Assembly: GCA_003161575.1 (NCBI GenBank)
Contig: PMOE01000093.1
Span: forward strand, 45,606 to 109,605
Direction: 5' to 3'
Length of the DNA: 64,000 nucleotides
Source of the DNA: Acidimicrobiaceae bacterium
GTDB lineage: Bacteria > Actinomycetota > Acidimicrobiia > Acidimicrobiales > RAAP-2
The notes beneath the pieces were generated by a model that was given only the letters and a program-made list of their open reading frames with translations, searched no databases and was not told the origin of the DNA. The position numbers and the translations under genes were made by a program. This document shows positions 36,182 to 44,670 of the stretch, one piece after another. How positions within the stretch are numbered: the first letter of the stretch is position 1; each line of letters opens with the position of its first letter.

Positions 36182-36853
36182 ATGTCCAGCGCGTGGAGAG
36201 TGACCACAGCCGTGGGCCTCTTCGCCGTCGCGGTCGTGGGCATCATCTTCGCTGTCCTGGGCCTTTTGAGCCAGCCGCCGACGGTGGATTTCACCGCTGG
36301 TCACTCGGCTGGCCAACCCGTCGACGTCACGCTGCAGACCGTCGGGTCGTACGGGTCGGGAGATCACCCGACGTGGGTCTCCTACCTGACGGAGTCACCC
36401 CAAGGTCAGTGGGTCCATACGACGCTGTGGCAGTTGCCGGCCCATACCCGGGTCAACATGACCATCTACAACTACGACTCGGGGAGCCCGCTTCGTAACC
36501 AGCAAATCGGCCAGGTGACAGGCACCATCGGCCATGTGGCCTTGTTGAACGGGAAACCGGTCCGTGTCATCAACTCCAACGCCGGCAACGGGGTGGGTCA
36601 CACGTTCTCCATTCCGACGCTCGGGATCAACGTGCCCCTCTACGGCAACAACGGCAATGCCAACCTCTGCGCCGCCGCTCCGTGCACCGTGAGTTCACCG
36701 CACCAGATCTTCAAGTTCTCGTTCACCACTCCGGGCCCGGGTCAGTACCCGTGGCAGTGCTTCGTCCCGTGCGGATTGGGCTTCCTCTTCGGCAATGGCG
36801 GGCCCATGCAGACCATCGGCTACATGGACGGCTTCATGAAGGTGTCGGCGTGA
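36182..36853 (+). CDS. membrane-anchored cupredoxin-like protein with degenerate CuA-type motif
   Basis: It has the N-terminal TM segment VGLFAVAVVGIIFAVLGLL. The C-terminal domain contains ...GHTFSIPTLGINVPL...YPWQCFVPCGLGFLFGNGGPMQTIGYMDGFMKV, where CxxxC spacing matches CuA but Phe replaces the following His. Its stop overlaps the ctaC GTG (GTGA). Confidence 0.6.
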   Translation: MSSAWRVTTAVGLFAVAVVGIIFAVLGLLSQPPTVDFTAGHSAGQPVDVTLQTVGSYGSGDHPTWVSYLTESPQGQWVHTTLWQLPAHTRVNMTIYNYDSGSPLRNQQIGQVTGTIGHVALLNGKPVRVINSNAGNGVGHTFSIPTLGINVPLYGNNGNANLCAAAPCTVSSPHQIFKFSFTTPGPGQYPWQCFVPCGLGFLFGNGGPMQTIGYMDGFMKVSA

Positions 36854-37845
36854 GCGAGACCGACGCCGGGTCCACGGCCTCGGTCTCGGACCCGCCCGCA
36901 ACCTCGCAGTCGCAAGCCGAGACGCACCACTGGTGGCGGCTCATCGCCATCTGGGTGGTTCTGTCGGCGATCCTCGACCCGCTGTTCTACTTCTTGGCCG
37001 GACCGCACATCCCACCGGGAAAGATGACGACGACGGCCGGTGGTGCACAATTCGACTTCAACGTGCTCTTGGTCATCGCCCTGCCGGTCCTGCTCGCGAT
37101 CTGGATCTTCATGATCTACGCCATCGTGATGTGGCGGGCGTCGCGCGGAGGCCCCGAACCCGAGGGGGGCGAGACGGCACGGGGCAACACCTCGGTCCAA
37201 CTCGGCTGGATCCTGACCACGACGGTGATCGTGCTCTTCCTGGCCGGCTTCGGGACCTATGCCCTCGTCCAGCCGAACGGGGCGGGCGGCGGGCAGGGAT
37301 CCAGTCCGATCTGGACCCCGACCTCCAAGACGGTGCTCCCGGTCCAGGTCATCGGCCAGCAATGGAAGTTCACCTACCGGTACCCGACGTTCGGGGGGTT
37401 CGAGACGACCGAACTGGTCATCCCGGACAACACGACCATCGCCTTCCACGTCACCTCGCTCGACGTCATCCACAGCTTCTGGGCCTACCAGCTCGGGGTG
37501 AAGGCCGACGCCAACCCCGCCTACGACAACGTGGCTTTCACGACGACCAGCCAGATGGGGACCTTCATCGTGCGTTGTTCGGAGCTCTGTGGCATCTGGC
37601 ACGGCGCGATGTACAACTCGGGCGTCGTGGTGACCCCGACCCAGTTCGAGTCGTGGGCCACGGCGACCGAGAAGCGCCTGGCGACCAATACCAAACTCCT
37701 CCCGCCGTTCGCCTACACATATGTCCCCGACGCCAACGGTGCCGACGGGGGGTACTACCCCGACAACATCGACCCCTACTCCCCGGTCGAGACCTACGGG
37801 GCTCCGCAGCCCGGCCAAGGCAAGGGGAGCGGGAGTGGAAAATGA
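36850..37845 (+). CDS. ctaC: cytochrome c oxidase subunit II (no cytochrome c domain)
   Basis: It has two N-terminal TM helices and a complete CuA site: HSFW...CSELCGIWHGAM (H-x34-CxExCx3Hx2M). Confidence 0.9.
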   Translation: MSETDAGSTASVSDPPATSQSQAETHHWWRLIAIWVVLSAILDPLFYFLAGPHIPPGKMTTTAGGAQFDFNVLLVIALPVLLAIWIFMIYAIVMWRASRGGPEPEGGETARGNTSVQLGWILTTTVIVLFLAGFGTYALVQPNGAGGGQGSSPIWTPTSKTVLPVQVIGQQWKFTYRYPTFGGFETTELVIPDNTTIAFHVTSLDVIHSFWAYQLGVKADANPAYDNVAFTTTSQMGTFIVRCSELCGIWHGAMYNSGVVVTPTQFESWATATEKRLATNTKLLPPFAYTYVPDANGADGGYYPDNIDPYSPVETYGAPQPGQGKGSGSGK

Positions 37846-37907
37846 CGTTGACGACGGCCAGGAATGATCTTCGAGTCCCGCTTCTTCGAGACAGGGGCAA
37901 CTAAGAG

Positions 37908-39923
37908 ATGGCAATAGAGACGACACAGCCCGGGGGGATCGAATACCCGGGCGAAGAGGCGCCCACACCTCTGCAGCCGGTGAGTAGACGCTCGGAGTGG
38001 CTGCGGCCCCATGCGGGCTGGGCCATCGTCGGGGGCGTTGTCGGCTACCTGATCGGCCATTGGCTGGGGAACGTCATCGCAAGTGGCTACATCAATGTGC
38101 AAGGCAGCGGGCAGAACGATGTCGCCACCGTTTTGGGCCTCTCGCTCGGTGTGGCCGGATTTCTGACCGGGATCGGTGCCCTCAATTACCCGCTCGCCAA
38201 GATGATCGGTCGGGAGCCACCACCGGCGGTGCCCGAACACAACTGGGTGCGGTACTTCCGCATGACCGAGGATCACAAGGTGGTCGGACTGCAGTACACG
38301 GTCGGGGTGCTCCTCTTCCTGTTCACCGGGGGCCTGCTGGCCATGGCGATCCGGACCGAGCTGCTCAGCCCGTCCAGCCACGTGTTCGGGCCCGGCATCT
38401 ACATCGCCCTGGTGGGCGAACACGGCACGATCATGATGATGATGGCGTCGTCAGCCGTCGTCGGACCCCTCGGCAACTGGTTGGTCCCGCTCATGATCGG
38501 CACGCGCCGCATGGCCTACCCCCGGGTGGAGGCCTTCTCGTTCTGGATCTTCCTCGCCGGATACGGGGTCATTCTGACCGCGCTCTTCTTCGGCGGGTTC
38601 CCGACCGGATGGACCGGCTACGCACCCCTGCAGACCCAGGCCTCCGGGGGGATGGACTCGTACCTCGTTGGCTTCGCCGTGATCGGCATCGGCATGATCT
38701 GTGCCGGGTTCAACCTTGCCGCCACCATCATCAATTACCGGGCGCCCGGCATGACCTGGAGCCGGGTGCCGATCTTCGTGTGGGCGGTGCTGGCCACGAC
38801 GGCCCTGCTCACGTTGGCCACCCCGACCCTCGTGGTGGCCGGGCTGTTCGGCGTGCTGGACCGGACGGCTGAGACCGCCTTCTTCGTGAACGAGCACGGC
38901 GGCAGCAACTTCTTATGGGAGAACCTGTTCTGGTTCTTCGGCCATCCCGAGGTGTACATCATGGCCCTGCCGGGCTTTGGCATCGTGATGGAGATCATGC
39001 CGGTGTTCACCCGCAAACCGCTCTTTGCGTACAAGGTGGCGGCAGCCGGCATGCTCGGGGTGGCGCTGTTGTCCTTCTTCGTCTGGCAGCACCACATCTT
39101 CCAGAGCGGTATCAATCCCGACATGCGGCCGCTGTTCATGCTGACCACCGAACTGATCTCGATCCCCACCGGATTCCTCTTCCTGGTCGCATTGGGGACG
39201 TTGTGGAAAGCGAAAATACGCTTCGATACGCCGATGCTCTTTTGCCTCGGCATGCTCTTCAACTTCCTGATCGGCGGCGTGACCGGTGTCTTCCTCTCAG
39301 ACGTGCCGGTCAACGTCACCGTGCACGGCAGCTTCTTCGTGATGGCCCACTTCCACTACACCATCATGGGCGGCCTCATCTTCGCCCTGTTCGCTGGTCT
39401 GTACTTCTGGATACCCAAGATGACCGGGAAGACCATGAACAAGCGGCTCAGCAAGTGGCACTTCTGGACCTTCTTCACGTTCTTCAACCTGACGTTCTTT
39501 CCGCTCTTCTTGGTCGGGATCTTGGGTCAGCCACGACGGGTGTTCGAGTACGCCGCGAATCTCCAGACACTGAATGACATCTCGACCATCAGCGCCTACT
39601 GCCTCGGCGCCTCCTTCTTCTTCTTCATCATCAACTTCATCTGGTCGATCTACCTCATCCCCCATGATGCGCCGGACAATCCCTGGGACTCCCGGGGTCT
39701 CGAGTGGCAGACCCCGACGCCGGTCCCGTGGTTCAACTTCGAGCACATCCCAGTCGTGCTCTCGGACCCCTACCACTACGGGGAGCCTGACGCACCACCG
39801 GTCGCCGACCTCGGCCGGGTGCTGGTGTCAGCCGGGGGTGCACCGGCCGAAGCGGTCGGGCACGGCGACGTATCGCCACCAGGAGATGGCGGCGACCTCG
39901 ACCCGCGACCCCCGATCCTGTGA
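37908..39923 (+). CDS. ctaD: cytochrome c oxidase subunit I with an N-terminal two-TM extension of about 90 aa
   Basis: The 671-aa product has its canonical core starting at EDHKVVGLQYTV (aa 121). Typical motifs are present: GHPEVYI, WAHHMF-like WQHHIFQSG, and HFHYTIMGG. An in-frame ATG at 38202 would give a conventional N-terminus. Confidence 0.9.
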   Translation: MAIETTQPGGIEYPGEEAPTPLQPVSRRSEWLRPHAGWAIVGGVVGYLIGHWLGNVIASGYINVQGSGQNDVATVLGLSLGVAGFLTGIGALNYPLAKMIGREPPPAVPEHNWVRYFRMTEDHKVVGLQYTVGVLLFLFTGGLLAMAIRTELLSPSSHVFGPGIYIALVGEHGTIMMMMASSAVVGPLGNWLVPLMIGTRRMAYPRVEAFSFWIFLAGYGVILTALFFGGFPTGWTGYAPLQTQASGGMDSYLVGFAVIGIGMICAGFNLAATIINYRAPGMTWSRVPIFVWAVLATTALLTLATPTLVVAGLFGVLDRTAETAFFVNEHGGSNFLWENLFWFFGHPEVYIMALPGFGIVMEIMPVFTRKPLFAYKVAAAGMLGVALLSFFVWQHHIFQSGINPDMRPLFMLTTELISIPTGFLFLVALGTLWKAKIRFDTPMLFCLGMLFNFLIGGVTGVFLSDVPVNVTVHGSFFVMAHFHYTIMGGLIFALFAGLYFWIPKMTGKTMNKRLSKWHFWTFFTFFNLTFFPLFLVGILGQPRRVFEYAANLQTLNDISTISAYCLGASFFFFIINFIWSIYLIPHDAPDNPWDSRGLEWQTPTPVPWFNFEHIPVVLSDPYHYGEPDAPPVADLGRVLVSAGGAPAEAVGHGDVSPPGDGGDLDPRPPIL

Positions 39924-39934
39924 GTGGAGAGGCC

Positions 39935-40612
39935 ATGGCAGATGACACGGTAAGGGACGAGGAATTCGAAGGGTTCGTCCAACTGCGAGAAACGCCCGAG
40001 GAGATCGCGTTCGAGGTGCGGGCCCAAGAGGGGGCGTTGTGGACCGGCGGTCGCTTGCTCATCGGGATCTGGGCGTTCGCCTTCGCCGCGCTGGCCTTCG
40101 CCTACTTCTACCTGCGTTCGGCCAACAATGAGAACCTGTGGCGCCCGAAGGGGATCACCGCACCGACCAGCGCCGGGGCCGCCATCTTCGCCGTCACCGT
40201 GGCGTGCGCCTTGCTGGCCATTTTCGGCGAGCGGCGCTTCCGCTCCGGGGAGGCCCTCGACTGGGAAGTTGCCGGGTGGACGGCGGTCCTCGGGGCACTC
40301 GTGGTGGTTGGACTTCAGATTTGGCAGCTGACCGAGCTTCCCTTCTTTCCCGGATCGAGCGGCTACGCCTCGTGCTTCATTGGGTGGGCCGTGATGAACA
40401 TCGCCCTCGTGCTCTCCGGCGCCTACTGGCTCGAGACCCTGCTGGCGAGAGAGATACGGTTGCGCCGGGCGGTGGCCCAAGATGGCGGGGCACCGCGATC
40501 GACCCTGCCGGCGGCCCGCCTCTTCCGGGTCAACCTGAACGGCTGCACGTACTTCTGGGGCTTCATCGCACTCGTGGGCGTATTCTTCTGGGTACTGTTC
40601 TATGTCCTGTGA
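39935..40612 (+). CDS. heme-copper oxidase subunit III-like membrane protein
   Basis: It has five hydrophobic segments and ends ...CTYFWGFIALVGVFFWVLFYVL, which resembles the subunit III C-terminus. ATG 39935 follows GAGTGGAGAGG. An alternative GTG 39920 overlaps the ctaD stop. Confidence 0.6.
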   Translation: MADDTVRDEEFEGFVQLRETPEEIAFEVRAQEGALWTGGRLLIGIWAFAFAALAFAYFYLRSANNENLWRPKGITAPTSAGAAIFAVTVACALLAIFGERRFRSGEALDWEVAGWTAVLGALVVVGLQIWQLTELPFFPGSSGYASCFIGWAVMNIALVLSGAYWLETLLAREIRLRRAVAQDGGAPRSTLPAARLFRVNLNGCTYFWGFIALVGVFFWVLFYVL

Positions 40613-40630
40613 GACTTGAGAGGTGAGCCA

Positions 40631-40744
40631 GTGATCACGGCATCGGATGTAGCCGGCACCCAGGCGCTGACGCTCGTCATACCTCTGGGGTTCTTCTTAG
40701 TGGTCCTGCTCTGGGGCTTCTTCCAGCGCCGATCGACTCGATGA
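40631..40744 (+). CDS. 37-aa single-TM micro-protein (not in ORF track), possible small oxidase subunit
   Basis: GTG 40631 follows GAGAGGTGAG. The product reads VITASDVAGTQALTLVIPLGFFLVVLLWGFFQRRSTR. Its TGA overlaps the ATG of the next gene (ATGA at 40741-40744). Confidence 0.5.
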   Translation: MITASDVAGTQALTLVIPLGFFLVVLLWGFFQRRSTR

Positions 40745-41595
40745 GCGCGGGGGCCGCCTCTGTGCGGCCCCTCGCCCTGTCCGGACGGACGCGGGTGTGG
40801 TTCCTGGCCGCCGGAGTCGTTGTCGGTCTGGCAGCGTTGGTGCCACCGTTTTCCACCCTGTCGCGACGCTACGAGTACGCAGAATCACTCCAGTTCTCGA
40901 TGTTCGCCATCGTGATCCCCGCGCTGGTGGCGGTGGGTGCGCCGTGGCGCTGGACGAGGCTCGCGGCACGGCCGGGTCTCGGGGCATCCGGTGCGTCCGC
41001 CGGGCCACTCGACCGGCTGGCCGACGGGCGGCGCCGTCACCCTGAGTTGGTCCGGACGCTCGGCTTCATCGTCATCGACCTGCTGGTGGTGGTGGCGTGG
41101 AGAACGCCGGGAGCAGTGCGAGCTGTCGCCGGGCACGGCTGGCTGGCCCCGGTGGAGGCGGTGATCCTCACCGTCTTTGGGCTGGGTCTCTGGCTGGAGC
41201 TCGTCGAGTCGCCCCCCCTCGTCGCCCGATCGGGCCCCCTGCGGCGGGCCGTTCTCGCCGCCATCATCATGTGGGTGTTCTGGGTCGACGCCTACGTCGT
41301 CGGGCTGTCCAACGACGATTGGTACCCGAACTTCCATCACATGGCCGGCCACGGTCTGAGTGCCGCCGCCGACCAGCAGTTCGCCGCCGTTATTTTGTGG
41401 TTCGTGGCCGGCGCAGCGTTCGTGCCGATCGTCTTCTTGAATGCGCTGCGCTGGCTCCGCAGCGAAGAGGATTCCGACGCCGAGCTCTACCGGCTCACGA
41501 AGGCGGAGCTGCGCCGTGCTCCCACTCCTCCGCCCGCTTCAGGGCCGCGGGGCGATACCCCACCGCGCCCTGACGGTCACCCACTTGCCGGTTGA
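40741..41595 (+). CDS. second Caa3-CtaG-type cytochrome oxidase assembly membrane protein
   Basis: The 284-aa multi-TM product reads FSMFAIVIPALVAVGAPW...WLAPVEAVILTVFGLGLWLE...AADQQFAAVILWFVAGAAFVP, paralleling the 35058 gene. Confidence 0.65.
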   Translation: MSAGAASVRPLALSGRTRVWFLAAGVVVGLAALVPPFSTLSRRYEYAESLQFSMFAIVIPALVAVGAPWRWTRLAARPGLGASGASAGPLDRLADGRRRHPELVRTLGFIVIDLLVVVAWRTPGAVRAVAGHGWLAPVEAVILTVFGLGLWLELVESPPLVARSGPLRRAVLAAIIMWVFWVDAYVVGLSNDDWYPNFHHMAGHGLSAAADQQFAAVILWFVAGAAFVPIVFLNALRWLRSEEDSDAELYRLTKAELRRAPTPPPASGPRGDTPPRPDGHPLAG

Positions 41596-42203
41596 GGCAG
41601 CGCCGGCAGGTCGGCCGGAGGGAGCCGGGTGTCGAGCGTGCGGTCGGCGGCGCTCTCCTCTGCGTCGGCGGCCCGGCGGTCCGAGGCGAGTCGGCGCTCC
41701 TCCAACGAGAGGTTGCTGAGCGCCTCTGCATCGGTCGGATCGGTCATGAGGGTCTGGACGTCCTCGATCGCCCGGAGGGCGTCCGACGTGCTCCACAAGG
41801 TGGCGGTCGCCACCAGTTCGCCCATCTGCTTTCCCGCGGGCGAGCCAGGAACCTCGATGTTCGAGAGCTCGAAGATGCTCTCGTTGGTGAACGAACACGC
41901 TGCCTGGTCGTCGCTCAAGAGGCCCGGAGTGCCGGCCCGTTCGCCTGCCGTCAACGTGTGGGCGGCCTGCAGGACCCAGATGCCGAGGGCCTGATGTACG
42001 GCCACGGCGCAGGGGCCGACGTCAGAGTTGAGCTCCGACATGACGCTGCGCTCGCTCGCGATGTCCTGGGTCCGTGACGTGTGAACCGGCAGGTCACTCA
42101 GGACCGTGACCACCAACACCAGTGCCACCACCGCACCCACCACCGGGCCCCGGCGGCGGTACCACGGTGTCGGTTTCTCTGCTGTTGCTGCGTCCCCGTT
42201 CAT
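41577..42203 (-). CDS. membrane-anchored hypothetical protein
   Basis: ATG 42203 overlaps the SCO stop (ATGA). The product is 208 aa with the N-terminal TM segment PVVGAVVALVLVVTVLS. Its 3' end overlaps the convergent ctaG-like gene by 19 nt. Confidence 0.55.
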   Translation of the reverse strand: MNGDAATAEKPTPWYRRRGPVVGAVVALVLVVTVLSDLPVHTSRTQDIASERSVMSELNSDVGPCAVAVHQALGIWVLQAAHTLTAGERAGTPGLLSDDQAACSFTNESIFELSNIEVPGSPAGKQMGELVATATLWSTSDALRAIEDVQTLMTDPTDAEALSNLSLEERRLASDRRAADAEESAADRTLDTRLPPADLPALPQPASG

Positions 42204-43135
42204 GGCGTCACGAGTTGTCCAGCGTAGGTGGCAATTCCTTCCGCCCAGCGGGCGACAGTCGCTGGCGGAAGGCTGTAGGCGCCCGTAGTGCTCTCGTCTG
42301 CGAAGGGAGTGGCCCGGAACCGCAGATCGCCCTTCGGGTCGACGAAGTAGAGGACGTCGTTGTGGGCTTCGAGGCCGGTCTTCTGATTCACCGAGATCGA
42401 CACGCCATACGCCTTCCATAGCGAGTCCAGTGTCGCGAGAGGCCCAGTCAACATGCGCCAGTTTGGCAGAGCACCCAGGCCGGTATCGCTCAGCACGGCC
42501 GACTGGCCCGATTGTGCGAGGACGAGGGGATCGGTGTTGACGGTGAGGAATTCCACGTGGGTCGCCAGAGCGCCGAGATCCGCGTCGGCCTGTTCGATCT
42601 CGGCGGCCAGGACCGGGCAGATGTCGTTGCATTGCCCGTCGAAGAATGTGAGCACCGCGACGCTCGGTGGGTTCCCCGGGATCGACGTGGTCTGGCCGTC
42701 CTGATCGACCAGAGTGAGCGGCGGCGCCGGTTTCGGCGTCAGGCGGGTGAGGCCCATTAACGAGCCGAGGGAGGCGCTCACTGGCGGAGCGTGGCCCGTC
42801 GTGAGTGGGGCGGGCGGGACAGAGGGGACCGTCGCCGTTGGCCTCGCCGTCGTCGGTTGGGCCCCGGGCACGGTTGTGGGGACGGGATTGAGTCCGGCTG
42901 AGGAAAAAAGGTGTTCGCCCGCAAGGCCGCCGAGGCTCAGCACGGCGGCCCCCACCACCAGCCAGTACACGAATTTGCGGGGAACGCCGGGCGGCCCGGC
43001 GGCCAACGCCGCCACCCGATCAACCGACGGTGCTGAGGTCCGTGGGCTTGTGTTGGGTGTCGCCGACTCGCCCGATGCTCCGTCGAGGGGCGCCGGTCGG
43101 TCGGTGTCACGCGACGGTCCGGCAGGTGCGCTCAT
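42200..43135 (-). CDS. SCO1/SenC family copper chaperone (thioredoxin fold), membrane-anchored
   Basis: It has the TM segment FVYWLVVGAAVLSLGGLAG, a Pro/Thr linker, then LTLVDQDGQTTSIPGNPPSVAVLTFFDGQCNDICP (CxxxC) and a later H in GLEAHNDVLYFVD. Confidence 0.82.
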   Translation of the reverse strand: MSAPAGPSRDTDRPAPLDGASGESATPNTSPRTSAPSVDRVAALAAGPPGVPRKFVYWLVVGAAVLSLGGLAGEHLFSSAGLNPVPTTVPGAQPTTARPTATVPSVPPAPLTTGHAPPVSASLGSLMGLTRLTPKPAPPLTLVDQDGQTTSIPGNPPSVAVLTFFDGQCNDICPVLAAEIEQADADLGALATHVEFLTVNTDPLVLAQSGQSAVLSDTGLGALPNWRMLTGPLATLDSLWKAYGVSISVNQKTGLEAHNDVLYFVDPKGDLRFRATPFADESTTGAYSLPPATVARWAEGIATYAGQLVTP

Positions 43136-43743
43136 GATGGCGGCGTGGTGAGGCGCTTGACCCAGTGTTCAAGGGAGGTGACCGTCTGGGCACCCAACTC
43201 GGCACCGACCACTCTACCGCTGGCGTCCAAGAAGTATGTGACCGGAAGCGCGCTGAGTAGGTACTCGCTCGCCACCTTGGCGTGGGCGTCGACACCGACC
43301 GGGTACGTGGCGTGGGCGCCGGCAAGGAGGCTGGCGGCAGCGGACGAGGAAGTGTCGTTGGAGTCCACGCCAACCACGGTGATGTGTCCGCTGGCCTGAC
43401 GGGCAACCGCGGCTATCGCCCCGAGCTCGGTTCGGCAGTGGGGGCACCACGAGGCGAAGAAGTTGAGGATTACCGGGGCTCCCCGAAACCCCGCTAGGGA
43501 CACCGGTGCCCCTCCATCGAGGCGGGGGAGGGAGAAGAGGGGCGCTACGGCACCGATTTTGAGGACGGCCGGCGGCGGGGCCTCGAGGGCGGCTGTTCCC
43601 GCAACGCGGTTGTTCTTCGACGGGCCGCGCACGGCGACGAAGACAATGAAGCCGAGCAGGCAGACCGCGGCAATGAGGGCGACAAGTTTGAAGACCCGAT
43701 CAGAGGACGACAACCGGTGGTCAGATGCGGCGAACAGCGGCAT
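43132..43743 (-). CDS. TlpA/ResA-type thiol-disulfide oxidoreductase, membrane-anchored
   Basis: It has the N-terminal TM segment and APLFSLPRLDGGAPVSLAGFRGAPVILNFFASWCPHCRTE (WCxxC). Its stop overlaps the SCO ATG (ATGA). Confidence 0.88.
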   Translation of the reverse strand: MPLFAASDHRLSSSDRVFKLVALIAAVCLLGFIVFVAVRGPSKNNRVAGTAALEAPPPAVLKIGAVAPLFSLPRLDGGAPVSLAGFRGAPVILNFFASWCPHCRTELGAIAAVARQASGHITVVGVDSNDTSSSAAASLLAGAHATYPVGVDAHAKVASEYLLSALPVTYFLDASGRVVGAELGAQTVTSLEHWVKRLTTPPS

Positions 43744-43913
43744 CGTCCCCTTCGCTCGTGCTCGGGAGGTTCTCCCGGATCCCCCGGAACTTCACCAGGG
43801 GCAGGATAGTCGCCCCGGGCTCGGATCCTCCATCGGGGGAACCCCATTGACCTGCGGATATTGGTGCGCCCGCTCTCCGACGCTGCGAGCTCGACGGGAC
43901 TTCGCCGGTCGCT

Positions 43914-44186
43914 TCACCATTCGGCTTTGCGGTCGGCCGTCCCCACCACCGGCGACCGACGCTTTCGGGACTCACGGACCTCGGGATCCTCGTGGATGAG
44001 GTGCCACCAGGCGGCGATGGCGATCACCGCGAAGGCGGGCCACTCCACGGAGTAGAACCAGCTGAGCCCGTTGCCCCCCAATGCCCTCGTCGCCTGCCAC
44101 CAACCCGCGGCCAGGCACCCCACCACGACCAGCCCGAATTCGAGATGAAGCAGCAGTGACCTGCGGGAGAACCAGCGCTTCCGCAC
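43914..44186 (-). CDS. small two-TM hypothetical membrane protein
   Basis: From GTG 44186 the product reads VRKRWFSRRSLLLHLEFGLVVVGCLAAGWWQATRAL...VEWPAFAVIAIAAWWHL. The track ORF extends to ATG 44294, which would overlap the divergent 44266 ORF. Confidence 0.45.
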   Translation of the reverse strand: MRKRWFSRRSLLLHLEFGLVVVGCLAAGWWQATRALGGNGLSWFYSVEWPAFAVIAIAAWWHLIHEDPEVRESRKRRSPVVGTADRKAEW

Positions 44187-44265
44187 GGTCGGCAGTGTAG
44201 GCGTTGAAGGGGGCCTTCTGACGGCACAATCACCGCTGAGAGTATTCGCGCAGCACGAGCTCGTT

Positions 44266-44670
44266 GTGGATCCAGTCTCGGGAGTTTCCGACATCGTGGG
44301 GGTCGCCGAGACGCCCGACGGCGGTGGGTACCCGATGGTGGGTTCATACGGTGGCGTCCTCTATTTCGGGGACGCCACCTTCTTTGGCTCGATGGGTGGA
44401 CGGCCGGTCAACAGGCCAATCGCAAACATCGTCACTACCCACGACGGCAGGGGCTACATCGAGATCGCCTCGGACGGAGGGATCTTCAACTTTGCTGACG
44501 CAGGGTTCGCGGGGTCGCTCCCGGGCCTCGGCGTCCACGTGAGCGACATCGTCGGTGGCGCCGCCCGGCGACGGACTAGTCCAGAACGTTCGTTCCTGGC
44601 GGGCCCGGATGAGGATTCGGCGTACGAGCGCGATCTGGCCCGGTCCTATGAGACGGTGCCCGAGATCTGA
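44266..44670 (+). CDS. truncated paralog (about 2 repeat units, no signal peptide) of the 44912 repeat protein; possibly a gene fragment
   Basis: It contains GYPMVGSYGGVLYFGDATFFGSMGG...[31 protein letters not shown], matching the 42-aa unit of the next gene. Confidence 0.4.
   Translation: MDPVSGVSDIVGVAETPDGGGYPMVGSYGGVLYFGDATFFGSMGGRPVNRPIANIVTTHDGRGYIEIASDGGIFNFADAGFAGSLPGLGVHVSDIVGGAARRRTSPERSFLAGPDEDSAYERDLARSYETVPEI

Noticed and set aside
34953-37968. 319-aa and 382-aa minus-strand ORFs opposite ctaG and ctaC
   Set aside because: They are antisense to genes with unambiguous signatures (the CuA site and the CtaG motifs). Their composition is typical of GC-rich antisense artefacts.
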